A stretch of DNA of 64,000 bases from Pelomyxa schiedti (GCA_020536535.1 JAHLWZ010000865.1:4127-68126); one strand, 5' to 3'; counted from the stretch's first letter, positions 22,495 to 37,695 are shown. Program-made: numbers and translations. Notes: generated from the letters alone by a model not told the origin.

Positions 22495-24257
22495 ATGGGC
22501 TGGGGAACTGTAGATTACGCAACGTTGACGTGGATCACGGCCATACCGACCGCTTCCATGATGCTCGGAATGGTCCTTGTACAGTTTTGGCAACCAACCC
22601 CAAAACTCACTGCTTTGATGCAGGTCTTTGGCTTGGGTTTTTTGTGGTTTTTTTTTTTTTTTGTGTCTGTGTTTTTGTTTTATTTTGTACTATGGAAAAC
22701 GATAATGATATTCACTTATGTAAAAGCATTTTGGAGCTGGGGTTGTTTGTTGTGCCGTGGCCTGTGAAATACTTCCTGTGGTGCTCAGTGAGGAATACTC
22801 TGACCGTATTCGAACCCCTTCTGCATCGTCCACTAAACAACCTTTAAGCTCTGGATTACCTTGGAATCATTGCCGGTTTTGCTGTGGGTGTTACCGTTAT
22901 GCTACTAATTGCTCGGTTAATCCCCAAATATGAGGCACCGGAAGAGAAACACAAAGACGTTAGTCCTTCACTTGGCTTGTTCCTGCTAATGCATCACCAG
23001 AAAAAACGATCTTCCTCACACAAAGAGCATTCTTCTGCAAAACACAAAACCCCGGGATCTTTACCCAATGACGCTGTTACAACAGTTGTCGTTGCCCGTG
23101 TAGTATCTCAACAAAGTTCAGAGAATGTTCTATTCTGGATGTGCTACTCCTTCTTATTATTTTTTTTTCTGTGCAGGAGCAACCCAGTTCCCACAACGTC
23201 AGCGCCCCACACATGTTAAATTCCGATATTGTCGAAGACGATCCCACTGTAAGTGGAAATAGCAGTGGCAGTGACAGTGACGATGAAGCCACACCCCTTA
23301 GGAAAGAAAGCATTGAAGTCGAAGAAGGTTTGATGAATGCCTCTCTTCTACTGGCTCATTTGTTAAAGATCCAAAAAATTCAAGATGGCGCTGCCCCATC
23401 AACAAGGGGAATTGTGCTCGAACAATAGTGAAAGTGCCCTGGGGACTGATTGGTAGTTTCCATAACCCTACTGGCTTAAACTCATTTCCATTGCAGTTCC
23501 AGTTGCCACTGGTATGTGTAACCCCTGTCTTTTTGAACATGTCAAATAATACCGTCTGTAAGATGGCGCCATGGATGGGCTTCTTATCGGTATTACGTAT
23601 ATTGGTGCTAACTTATACTCTGGTATTGTAATGGCTATTGCTCTAGCAATCGAAATGTGTTTCCTTGGAATGTCAACCAGGTACTCATTCTCACCAACAC
23701 ATTTGAAATAACCTCAATAGCAATCAAATGGCGAAAAACGATCTTCCTCGTGCTGTGGCCATTCCCATTTGCCTGGGTCTGCCATTTTTCATCATTATAT
23801 CTGGTTATATTGGTGCTGCAATTCTTGCAAACGTTTCTGGGCCAATTTTTGTGGGAGTGGTCAGTTTCGGCATGGCCGGTATTACTCTCTCTATTCTGTG
23901 CCTCCTAATTCCCCTTCAGCTCTTCTGTTCCTGATATCTGATGAACTTCTGGTGGAGGCCCACAAAGGTGCGGGCTTTTATAATTTATATGCCTTTATCT
24001 AACCTTTGCCATTTTCAGAGGAAGAAAACGATACATGGTGGGTGACTATTTTCTTCTTCATTGGTATGTAACCCCTCTCCCAAAACCAAACAAATGAACA
24101 AACTTCATCAGGCTTTGGCACAGTCACAGTACTTCAAAAAGTACTAGAAAACCACCTATCAGCCAGCAGCAGTGAGCATCTCTTCTGCCCCTGTCCAGCT
24201 TCCTTCTCCAACGCCACATCCACATCCTCATCTTCATCCATATCCTCATCCATGTAA
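22495..24257 (+). CDS. ZIP (ZupT/GufA-like) divalent metal transporter
   Basis: Q|HFGAGVVCCAVACEILP; long cytosolic loop; DGAMDGLLIG; IALAIEMCFLG; DELLVEAH; stop TAA 24255-24257. Confidence 0.85.
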
Positions 24258-24267
24258 AAAAACCCGA

Positions 24268-24364
24268 AGAAAGAAAATTTTACCAGATAAGAGATGCCAT
24301 TAATGGGCTAATATCCGCGCAAGCCCATCATTAGTATCTCTTGTCTGATAAAAATTTTCTTTCT
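24268..24364. repeat. Imperfect ~42-bp inverted repeat (97-nt hairpin) just after the ZIP stop codon
   Basis: agaaagaaaattttaccagataagagatgccattaatgggct (24268-24309) pairs with agcccatcattagtatctcttgtctgataaaaattttctttct (24322-24364); 12-nt loop. Confidence 0.9.
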
Positions 24365-24554
24365 CAAGTTGAAAAACGGAAACAAAAAACCAAGAGATCT
24401 CCTTCTTTAAAAAAAATAATCAAAATAAAAAATCAAAAAGCGAAGGGGTGTTAGATCCGCGAAGGTGAAGCCTACATCGTACGTCCTCTTGCACTTTTCT
24501 TTATGTTATTCATCTTTGTGCACAAAAATTAAAAGCAAAAAAAGCAGAAAGGCG

Positions 24555-27500
24555 ATGGCTACGAAAAATCCGACACTTCTTAGAGGGGTGACGATCTACT
24601 TGTCGGCCTCTACGTCGCAAGTGGCTGCAGGATCGTCTAAAGTGAGTGTGTATTCTACAAGATCGGACTTGATGAGAGCCGTGAAAGCCTGTGGTGGGAA
24701 AATATCTTTTGCTCTTAACTCTTCAACCACACATTGGGTCGTTCCTGACTCAAGTATGAGCCTTGCTTCTTGTTACTTTTGAAATACACTGAATCGCTCT
24801 CACGAAGATGAAGATGAATCGTGGCGGGATGTTGCTAAGATTAGACAAGCAACAACCTACTCTACTAAAATTGTAAGGGAATCATGGCTGGTTGACACCC
24901 TGGTAAACAATGCTCTACAACCCGAGGGAGGATATGCACCTCCCAAAGATGACAAGTGGGCCAAGCACCAACAAGAGTGGGATGCTTATCACGCAGAACT
25001 ATGGGATGATAGCACCGACGAAGTAGAAGAGAGAGTGATTGTATCTAGTGCCCCTGAAACTGTTCAACCTACTGAAGACTGTGGTGTGTAAACAAATTCA
25101 GCATTGTCTCCTTATTTCCCTCAGGTCCTTGGCCAACAAGCACAGCCGGACTTCCATCTGTAAAAGTTTCTACATTCAAATTGGCTGACAAGTCCCAACC
25201 CCGCTTTCCTGAATCTTTTTCAACTTTGAAAAAGGAGGTTCTTCAGGTTTTCCCTCTCTCACCTCAATACTCATATCTAACATGAGCTCAAAGTGGACTG
25301 ATGTCAAATCAAACCACAATAAGGTTGAACTCTTCTACGAAATTTGTTTGCTAAAATTTGCAGTACTATGCCATTGAAGTACACAAGGGTGCTGAGGGTG
25401 GCAAAACAGTATGTTAACTCAACTACTCCCCGAATCTGACCAGATTAACAGCAATTCCGTGTTTTCACTCATTATGGGTTTGATTTGCAGGTGTTTTTAT
25501 TTTTTTTGCCTAACTGCCTTCAAGACGGACAGATGATCTTGTGAAAAACCCAATGGCTGGTCAACGGGAGTGTAGATATATTAACTCTCTGGAGCAAGCT
25601 AAGGCCCTCTACGCCTCCATATATCAGGAGAAGACAGGAAAGAAAGGCTACAGGCCAGTGTCAATGTCTTCCTCAAGTATAGGTTTCCCCAAGGTATTCA
25701 AGATATTATTGCCCGCTTATAACCAAGTAAAGGCATCCAGCACCTCTGAAACTCAAGAAAGAGCGTCGCACCCTTTAACACCGGTGGAACAGCTTGTCTG
25801 GTACATTTTTGAAGAGGTTTTTCCACGTTCTTCTTCAGGGAATCTGAATCAGCTCTCAGGCCACTCAAACTATGACAAGCATTGCTGCCGTAACTATCAC
25901 AAGCCGAGGCATTGAAACACCTTTAGGGTTGCTGACTGTGGAGCAAATTAATAAAGGAGAAGCTGTTTTAGAAAAGATAAAGACTGCTTTGTTAAACTCT
26001 AAAGTAGGCGGCATACAAACATTGAATAAACTCTAACGTTCCACAGGATCTTTCACTTCTTGAAGACTTATCCGGAGAATTCTACACAATAATTCCACAT
26101 AGAATAGGTATTCTGCCTTACAGCACAAAACTTTGCTAATGTGTGTTAGGAAGATCACGTGAGGAAATTCGAGCGGCAGTGATAAAAACCCAAGAGCAAC
26201 TCACACAAAAGGAAGAACTACTTCAGTTGATGAAAGATTTGCTTCAGGTACATCATTTAATTAACATGTTGATGACCTCATAATTTCAGGTTAACAGCTC
26301 AGGAGCATTATCTAGTACCGCCATTTCAAACAAGTACCATGCTCTTAAATGCTTCATAAAGGTTTCATTTCAGTTATTTTGCATGCCTCACTTATGTTAT
26401 CCTTAGGAACTGCCACAAAATTCTTCTATATTTCAGGTTGATGTTTTTTCCTCAGTCTTACATTCCTCTCACTGGAGATAGGCTATTAAAAATATTGTAC
26501 TCAATTCCCAAGTGAAAAATGAGGGGATTCAAGTTGAAAGAATTTATGCCTTGAAGGTTTCCTATTCCCATTAAAAACAAATAGCATCTCATTTGGCCTA
26601 GAAACCAACTGAGCATGAACGATTCGAGGCGGGAATCACACCTCATGTGATCTTACTCATTCCTCACTGTCTTTACTGAATAGTTTCCCTAGGATATGTT
26701 GTTTCACGGTTCTAAAATATGTAACTGGGTTGGAATTCTTTCAAGAGGACTCCTTCTTCCAAAGGTTCTGAATCAGTCTTATCCTGCCCTTTTGGTAAAT
26801 TTTGCTAGTCTGTTGTCGCACTTGGAGGGAAAAGAACAGATTATGGATTGCTTGGTGGTGGCTTGTATTTCGCTGGTTCTGCCGGTGCCTCCGCAAAATA
26901 TACATCCACTGGGTCAAGGGGAACAAGGTACAGGAAATTTGGAGAAATAAACTCTAATTTTCACTTTTTAGGCTTATGCTTGTTTGTCGAGTGGCACTTG
27001 GATCAGTTTATGATACCAGTTTAGAACAGCCTCAACTAATGAAGTAAATGGGCTATGGGCTTTGTGGGGAAGATTAAAAACACAACTAAGTTCAAACAGT
27101 CCTCCAACAGGCTTCCAATCTGTGCATGGTGTACCAGGGCCAGGTTCATTTGTTGGTATGTATTACCATCAGCCACTGAAAACCTCTGATCTACAACAGA
27201 TGACGAATTTGTCGTTTATGACTCAAACCAATATCGCTTTGAGTATCTTGTAGAATTTAGGTATTTTTCCACGTTCGGTACCTTTCTTTCGAACAGTTTT
27301 TCTGCAGCCTTCCTAATGACGCACACTCTTCAAGTACACACACCGAACCCATACTTCCCAAGGCAATCTCGACAAATGTACATTGCCTCTTAATTCCCCA
27401 GTTTGAAATGTATTAGGTTGGCAACGCACTTCCCATTCCTAAAAAACCTCTTCCTACTGAGAAAACAGAGGCGCCCCACAGACCCCAACTGGAGCAACAA

Positions 27501-30500
27501 ATCCCAAAATCTGCAAAGCAACAAAGGCCCCTTTCACTAAAAGAGTGTATTGGGTCTGAAAATTTACGTATCAAAGAGGAGGAGGACAGATTGCGGTAAG
27601 AATTTCATGAAGTGAGCATGCTAATAGTATCCCAGACAGCTCTTTGCCAACTCCAGAAATAGTAGCGAGCTCAGAAATGATTTTTTGCACTGTGTAAATG
27701 TATTTAACAATACTGAGAAGTTTTTATATTCGGATCTCTCCAATGAAGAGGTTGGAATGTTTTTGTATTTAACATTCCCTAAATAAGTACAGAATCTCCC
27801 AATGATTTTGAACTCCAGTGCACAACCCAAAGGACGCTCAGCTATTACTAGCAGCCAAGTGGACTTCACACACAAATTCAATTCTTTCACTTCCAACATG
27901 TTTGAAAATTTTGACTGGTCCAATGTTATTGTGGCGGGTGGTTGTGTTTTGGCTTGCATGTTGTCCAATCCTGGAACCGACTATGACAGGTGCTACTACA
28001 TTCACATAAATCTTTACTCATAACCTCCAAGCTCTGATATCGACATGTTTATTTACGGGTTAACTCAAGAACAAGCCAATGAAAAAGTATTTTCACTCTA
28101 CAACACAGCTCACTAACAACAAAGCAAGTTGAGGTACATATATAATTCTGTGCATTCAGCTGGGGCCGAGTGCATTCGAACGAAAAATGCAGGTAAGAGT
28201 CAATTGACTCCTCTCAGTGTGTCTGACTGGAACAAGTTACCATTTTGAATCAGCACCCCAGAAGGCATATTCAGATTGTGCTCAGGTTTGGGCAACTCTC
28301 ACACCAAAATTGACCCTGAAATTATAGAATCTACATGAGCCCCGCTGAAGTACTTCTTGGATTTGACATAGACTCTTGTAGTGTATGCTACGATGGAAGA
28401 AATGTCTGGGCAATCCCTAGAGCCATCCGAGCTCTTACAAAGAGGTCTCCTTCCCTCAACCACAACCTGTGCTAAAATTCTTCAGATACAATTTAGTGGA
28501 CATGTCCCGAAGGTCTCTCACTTATGAAGTCCGGTATTGGTCTCAACTTTTTTATTTCCTTTGATCTCACTGTGTCCACAGACTGTATAAATATAGCAAA
28601 AGAGGTTTTGCTGTTGCTGTGCCAAATTTCTCTAGGTAAGAATATTTGTACTTGAAGTTTCTCACTTTCCGTAGAGATCGAGTGGATCCCGAACTTTTCT
28701 CCAAATCTTTAAGTCAAGTATCTGGCCTAGGTCAAATCTCAACTCAACGCAAGTGAAATTAACACTCTTGTCAGGAAAGCTTCTGTTAATGGAGTACCAC
28801 TCAACAAAATCTCCCGCAAAGGATAATGACACAATTAAGCGGTAACACCTCTCCTTACCGTATTTACCGTCTTACGTTGAAAAGAAATAGTGACGGCCAG
28901 CGTGGCTCTCGTGCTCTTTTCAGTAGTGACAGAGTGGCGTGGGAAGCGACCCATAACAATGAAACGCAGTCTGATTATGCTGATGTTATCATCCCCTGGG
29001 GTCCTCATTGGGTACCTAGTAAAATACTCAAGTTATTGAATTACAGGTAGCTATGAAGTCTGTAGGGCAGTTTTTCTTATTCCCTTTGCAGAGACAAAGC
29101 GTTCTTCTTCTCACAGAAGACCCCTGATCAACAATTGAAGCACAGACACATATTTACAAGTACACCTCTTTCCTACCGATTAAAATATTCATGCCCTTTC
29201 AGGCGGTATAGATGGAATCCTCTCAGGGAAGTCCTGCTGGTGCAAATGGTGCACGGAAAACTGGAGCGGACCCATCAATGGTGCTACACATGTATTGGGA
29301 CCAATTTCTTGGTTGATGGAGAACCCGGGCACACAGTTATTAACAGGTAATGACCGCCTGGTTGAACACTTTTCTTAGAACGATGAAGGAAGCTTTCATC
29401 CCGTCTCTGACGATCTCTGGGACGCAGATGCTTATCGCAAACCTGACGCAGGTATGAACCAAAGATCTTTCTCCTACACTAACCGGTAAAAAAAGAGACC
29501 CACAATGCTCTCTGTGAGGCTTGTTTTTCTGGGGACTATGAAGCCATCAGACAAAGTTCGGTAACAACAAATCAGCTTGCAACTCCATCGTGTGTCTTAT
29601 ATTTGACTCCCCTGGCTCTTTGCATGGCTGGTGCTGCCTCGTCATCTCCATCCGTCCTCGGTTCAATTGATTTCCTCATGTCCCATCACTCCTCTCCCAC
29701 AACACTTCCAACTAGTCCAGCTCACAAGGTGAACAACCTCACTCATCTGGCTGTCGCATCCTTCATTGGGAATCCGGCAGTAGTCGAAGCTTTGCTCCAA
29801 AAGTGTGGTGGCACATCACCCTCAAGGACACCCAACGCACCACCACCACTTCACGTGGCAGCATACTATGGCAATGTAGAATGTATGAAAAAACTGCTCG
29901 CTTCTGGGTGCTCCCCGTTGGAAACAGATATGAATGGAAGGTGTGCAGTACACTAAATAGAAGCCAATTCTAATCCCACTCAGAAATGCCCTTCATCTTG
30001 CAGTAGCTGGGGGAAATATTGAAGCTGTGAACCTTTTATTGAAAGATGCCTCAACAGGGTCCCAAGCGAAAATGGCGCAAGATAACGGCGGCAAAACCCC
30101 TTCCCAGTTTGCTGAGGAATGTGGAAATAGGGGTATCTTAGAAGGGGCAAAAGTCAAGCCATTGGATTCTTCTCTTAAGATCATAACCAAAAGCCACAAG
30201 GTATCCACTTCCGCCCTTTGCATCGCCACTTACTGGAGAAGGATCCTTCTTTAGACGTTTTGAGCTGCTGTCTGAACCCCTCCGAACTTGCTCGAGCACT
30301 CGCTAATGGTGGGGCCTGGGATCAAGCGGACTTGTTTGGGGTTTCTGCTTTGCACAGTATAAGATGTCAAAATGTTTCCTTTCGGCTTATTCTTCTCAGT
30401 TGCGTGCCTTAATGGCATTCAACCCTCAGTTGAGAGTCTTATCAAGGCAGCTCAAATGAGTAGTAAACCTCCAAAGGACTGTTATGGACAAGTATTACCT

Positions 30501-32054
30501 TCACAATTTTTCTACTTACTAATATTCACTCAGACCCCACTTCACTATTGCGTCATGCAGGTGAGTCTCAACTGTTTTTTTTTTTTTTTTTTTTCGTTGA
30601 GGTGCCTTTTTCCAGGCGAACTTCCTTGCTATGAAAACTATCGCTTCCAAGTTCCCACAGTGGCTAGACATTCCCAACTGGTCTGGACAGTCACCTCTGT
30701 ATTATTGTCTTGCACTCCGATGTAGGTTATGTAGTTTTGAAAACGACATCATGAGCGGGTATGGCTATTGTCATCAAAGTCAGTACATTTCCTTCCCAAC
30801 TGCTTAGGTTACCAACAGTCACTATGAAAAGTGGCTGGGAGGAAATGAAGAACTACTTTTTGTCGGCTGGAGTTGCGGTACCTGCAGTTTCACCTTACCC
30901 AATTCCACCTCTGCCCGCTTCACAATTTCTACAGAAGGTATCGCCTCCACTACAAGCATTCCTCTAAGTGAAGTTTTAGATGGAAACCTCTTGTGCTGAC
31001 TCTGTACCAAGTTGCATGATAAGACTGCAACAGCGATTACAACACCAAGAGAAAATCAAACCCCAGGTAGCACTGCATAAGCACATAACTAAGGTTTAAT
31101 GTGTTAACTAGAGCCTCCCAACAAAACCCGAGCAATTTGAGAAGAAAAAAATCACCAAACCAATGAAATCGGCTCACACAACAAAAGCAACCTCTGACAA
31201 GCCTTTGAAGAGGGAAAAACCCATCAAGAAGACTGAGGCTAAGCCAGAAAGGAAAAAGCCGCTCCCAAAGAGTAAAGCGCCCGCTTTTGGAGCTAAGTCA
31301 TCAGCATTTGGTGGTTCTGGAGCATCCTCATTTGGATTTGCACCTGGATCTTCAGCCTTTGGGTCTGCGTCGTCTGCATTTGGGGTTACTTCAGTAGCAG
31401 CACTACCAGAAAAGGAGGAAAGAAGTTCTTCTTCTTGGACATTCAGCAATAGCTCTGCACCCCAGACTAGTTATGCACCAGGAACGGTGTCATTCTCTGC
31501 CCTGAAATTCTCTCTTCCTGCTCAAAAGTCAGTTCCATTTACCCCGCTTCCTTCCACACCAAAAGCGCTGTTCCCCAAACACACTATTAATACATCAGGT
31601 ACCTTTACCCACACCCATCAACTACTAACTGTCACCTTAAGCTTATCCTCTACCACTCCAAACCACCATCCAAGCAATAAGTATGCCACATTTTTCCATT
31701 TACGTAATTTTAACATTACGGTAGCATCACCAACAAGTAGGCTCTCTTCCATTCCTTCCAAGCTCCTTGCAATTATCGTCCCGCTCGCCAAAGGTAAAAT
31801 TCTTCATACCAACATTCTCTCCAAATAAATGTTTATTGACCACAGCCACACCCTCAACAATCATTAACTTACAGTAATGCACAGAAAACCGGATAACCAC
31901 CGCGGAGAAGAACGTGTTGAAGGAAATGACCCTCACGTGGCCGCTTCCTCCCCAGCTCACAGCAGCAATGGAGGCCTTTATCCTCGATTGGGACATTGAC
32001 GAGCTGGCCGACACCCTCAAACGTCTCGTTGTACTACAACACCACAATTTTTAA
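24555..32054 (+). CDS. Multidomain PARP: BRCT - WGR - PARP regulatory - PARP catalytic (H-Y-E) - nucleotidyltransferase-like - ankyrin repeats - FG-rich tail - small helical C-terminal domain
   Basis: BRCT (GGKISF..THWVV..IVRESWLVD); WGR (NHNK|YYAIE..VFTHYG|R); TPLGLLTVEQI..EFYTIIPH; LFHGS (His 26705), GLYFA (Tyr 26866), DDEFVVY (Glu 27205); WSNVIVAGGCV..SDIDMF..FDIDSC..RLYKYSKRGF; PLHVAAYYG/ALHLAVAGG repeats; stop 32052-32054. Confidence 0.8.
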
Positions 32055-32243
32055 AAGAAAAAATGCTTATTTACTTACTCTTAGTTTGACATGTTTGGGG
32101 AAACTGGAATTCGAGCCGGGCCATGTCCCTTCCCTCTTGAGGTTAGGAGTAGCACAGGAGTTGTGGGACCTCTTTAGGCAAAAAAGAACCCTTTGTTTCA
32201 ACTTTTTTTTGCAGCTGGGCATTGCCCACCTTCAGTCGACTAG

Positions 32244-33653
32244 CTAGGATTGGAGCAGAATGGAGCTGAGGGAAGAAATGCCTTCTTCCAGCAGAGGTGG
32301 TGGGTTGTGAGCAAAGCACAACCGGATGGCCGTGGAGTGCAGGGATGAATGATCGGTTGAGCTACGGCACAGGGAGCCAGGCATCCAGATGACAGGGCCA
32401 CCAGCACCCCCACGCAGCGCAGTGGGGGGAGTGTGCTCTAGGTAACGGGTGGCAAGGTCCGGCCGCGATATTCGCAGCCAGAGGAAGTAGCCTCCTTGTG
32501 GGGGTACGAAGGAAACTGTGCCGGGGGGGAAGTGCTTGCGAATGGATGATATCATTGTGTTGGCGCTGTGGGATAAGATGGAGCGGATCTTGCTTATGTG
32601 TTGCTGAAGAAGCCCAGTCGTTATTAGGTATGTTACTATTTGCTCGACAAATGGATTAAGCCCACATCCACTTGTGACAACCCCACAATTGGTTAACCGT
32701 TCCAATAGTTCCGTGCACTGGCTCTGATAAATGTAAGTGGCCGTGAAAGTGACAATATTTGAAAGTGGAGTACAAACATAGATCCAGCCAAGTCTAAAAG
32801 CAGGAGCAAGAATTTTGGAAAAAGAATTTAGGGACACTACATGGGGATCTTCAGGGATATCATAGCACCACAGTGGAGGCGGTGCCATTGGGCAACCATC
32901 AAAGTGCAAAAATTGATACACCTCAATTGGCCACATTACTGATTCAGAAGGATTATGTAATCTTACCTCATCGGCAAATATGAAGAACTTGTGCTTTTGA
33001 CTCAGCTTGAGCAGCCTTTCTCTATTCTCGGGGGGAAGGGTAGCCCCCGTAGGATTGTTGAAAGTAGGGATGATATATAGGAAAACTGGAGGCTCTCTCA
33101 AGGTAGACATATTACTTTCCAAGTCATCCAAATCAATTCCTGTCATTGGATCAGTTCTCACACTGATGATATTAAGTCGCAGATCAGAAAATATCTATCT
33201 AACTCTATTACTGACAGCAAATGGAGTAGGTTAGTTGATAATAAATGGCCAACCTTCAAAGCATATAAGTACGAGACTGCTTCCACCAGTATGGTATCCC
33301 CTGGCTTTGTGAGAACTGAACACAGCAAGGCCAGTGCATTGGAGACCCCATTTGTAACGAAAACATTTCTTTCTTCAGGGTGCACTCTGTTCCCTTCCCA
33401 ACAAGTGAATAAACAGACCAGCCATCAGTTCTAGTGATTTAAAATGCAATTATTCACCTTCTAAATACTCGGAATACAGAGATATTATTGCCGAGCGTGT
33501 TGATTGGCGCCCTCTGAAGGGACCATATTGCAAGGTCTCATAATCAAGGGGCATAGATGCCAGCGCCTCGCGTATGGGTTCTATTGCTGGTGCCAGGAGA
33601 TCTTCGTGAGGTAGCCCGCTCATCAGGTCGATCGGTGCTGCGGTGCTAGCCAT
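32244..33653 (-). CDS. PLP-dependent class I/II aminotransferase (2-aminoadipate/aromatic transaminase-like)
   Basis: YGP.RG; VTNGVSNAL; PTFNNPTG; FADE|VY; SFSKILAPAFRLGW with PLP lysine; PQGGYFLW; IRLCFA. Confidence 0.92.
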
Positions 33654-33866
33654 CGCTAAAAACTGTGATCACTGAATGTACAGTGCGGATCACAGTTTAG
33701 AAAGATGGAACGGAGTCATCGGCAAATTCTAAAGTCCGGCCAGACTTGGTATGACCGACTTGTTCGCATCAACGCCGGAAGACAAAAATAAATAACGAAA
33801 CATGTTTTCTCAAAAAAGAAATTCCCTTCTTTACCAAAATTTGCAGAAGGGATTTCGCCGGGTGCC

Positions 33867-36137
33867 ATGGAAGCACAACTGGCAGCGTACCTCGTCGACA
33901 AGCTTCATACTTCACACTGCCCCTCAAACACAACCACTACCACATTGTTCGACCATAAAAACACTTCCAGTCCCCCCGATAAACAGCAATGCCACTACAC
34001 AGAAAAACCACCTCCAAGCGATACCAGCCACCTTCCACCCTCGTCCCCACGGTCGGCACGTTCTCTTAAAATCAGCGCGCGGCGAATCGCTACCCATCAA
34101 CCCCAAATCGGCCCTACTTTCCACGACCTACAACAATCTCTGGAGGAGTTCCTCAGGTTCTTCTTCGGTTTTTTTTTCCCCGGTGTTTCTGTGGCGCATA
34201 TTTGGCGTGTTAACGTTGTTACTATAATGCGTATTCCCAATTGTAATGCGGATGTGTAGGTTCACGAGGGCTCTGCGTGTACCTCGGGAGGCCCTTGTGT
34301 TCGCGTGTATATACATTGACAGATCTTGGGAGAGAGTGGAGTACACTGTTGATACGATCTTTCATTTCGCTCTCCTCTCTGTTCTAACTGCATCCAAGTA
34401 AAAGTTTTCGACTTTTCAGAAATCCTCATTTTCTCTTTTCTCAGGATGGTGATGGAAGATTTTGGTGGATCCTACACGGAATTTGCTCGCGTTATCGGTT
34501 TAACTGTGCCAGAGCTGAAGATGCTTGAGGTGCGGTTTTTGGCGAGAGCACTCCATTTTGAATGTTGGGTTGATGCCGAGTACTACATGTTGTTTAGAGC
34601 AGACTTGAATAAGGCCCCAGAGTCAATTGACCTACATGCGTCTTCTAAAAGAATTTCCCAACAGCAACTCGCTCTGCATCCCTCAGCTTATGCGTTGACA
34701 ATGGCGTTACTGCCCTTAAATGATGATGACGAATCACAACAATCAAGCGCTACTCCGCCGCCCTCACCGGGACCAACCTCTAGTATAATTGGCACAGCTT
34801 CTACCGACGAACCAACGTCACCTTTTCCGTCATCTCCAGAGAACGGTCACTCAGTCTTATCCACTTTTCATGAATCGCCTCCAAGCCCCCCACCACAGCG
34901 TGTGTTTTCCCCAAAACACACATACCCTACACACTCTCCTTCTCATCCTGTAGAACACATACCCCAACAATCACCACCATCTTCACCACTTCCAAAGTTA
35001 CCACCTAAACCAACACTTAATCCCACACCTTATCGTCACATTGACCCGCAATCTATGACCACAGGCGCACACCACGTTTCTCCAGTTTCCCCTCCGAAAG
35101 CAAACGTGTCTAAGCCTATAGCAGTGAAGCAGCCAGCCACTCCTGGTCGTCCCCTGCATATGTGGGCTCAGCAACAAGTAACATCCAGCCCCCCACCACT
35201 CACTTTATATCGTCCACGCAAAGACGATAACCAAACCTCGCAACCAAGGAGCCTCAGCAGTAGCACCAGTAGCACTGATGCTACTCCGCCTTCGTCTAAA
35301 CCTTCTACCGCACCTCGTAATGGAGACTGTCTTTGCGACTCGGGATTCTCATCTTTCGCTTCTTCTTGCTCCAACTCTTCATACTCCTCTACTTCTTCAA
35401 CTGACGACTTCTCACCCCGGCCTTCTGTGAGTGACGGGTCACCACAGACATTAATTCTCTTTAGAAGCAACTCCGGCGTCTCTCTGCTTCCGCCGAATCC
35501 CCCAAGTGCACCTCAATCCCCTCTTGCTCCACTGCCAGACGCACCATCACTTCGCCCAATGTTGATGCGAACAATTCAGGCCAACGCAGCATCTGGAACA
35601 CCACCTCCTCTGACACTTTATGACACTTCAACGGCAGGTCAGCTTTCCGGATCGTCATTCTCGTCTTTTGCTTCAACATCTTCCAGTGTTTCTACTTCAT
35701 CTAGTCTATCTTGCAGTTCACATTTTTCGTGTGAAGAAGGATCTCCAGAGATAACTGCGGATAAACCTCCTCCTGATGTTGATGGGATTTCTTCAGAGTC
35801 TTCAGAATCGTCATCCCTATCTAACCCCACAACGCCCAAACAAGCCAGATACGGAAACAAATCATCCTTCCAACTGCCCATCAACCCACACCGACCAGAG
35901 TCACCCCTGACCAATCCCTCCCCCCAAAGCCCACACTACCTCACACAGCACCACCCCTCCACTTCTGTCCCCACAGATTGGGGGCAACGCCCTCAACTTG
36001 CAAAATACCCTCGCACTATCCCTATCCACCTTAACGCCCTCCCTTGGGATTCCAGCACACCGCCAGGCCCCTCTACCCCCACCACTCAATTTACCTCCAA
36101 ACAACAAGACTTCCCCATCCGGAAGCTTCCGCCATAA
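33867..36137 (+). CDS. Cyclin (PHO80/P-type-like box) with long Ser/Pro low-complexity tail
   Basis: ALVFACIYIDR..LLSVLTASK|MVMED..FARVIGL..ELKMLEVRFL..LHFECWV. An alternative end at 36375 is possible. Confidence 0.8.
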
Positions 36138-36434
36138 CAGCCAACCACCAACCCACGAATCCTCTCCCGCCTCATCTTTTACAACCACTACAACCACATC
36201 GCCACCACACACAAACACAAACGCAAACAACAACAACACCAACACCAATCACCAGACCTTCACTCAGCCACGCCAAAGTGTAGTTGGCCATGGTCTTCAG
36301 GTCATCAGTGGTGGTCCCAGTGCGAGGGACTCACCAAGCCGTTCCAATTCCCCGTCACTTAGGAAACACTATTAGTACTGTACAGTTTATTTAAATAGTT
36401 GTGTAAACAGAAAAGAAAGCAAGTGCTTGCTATT

Positions 36435-37695
<1,261 letters not shown>

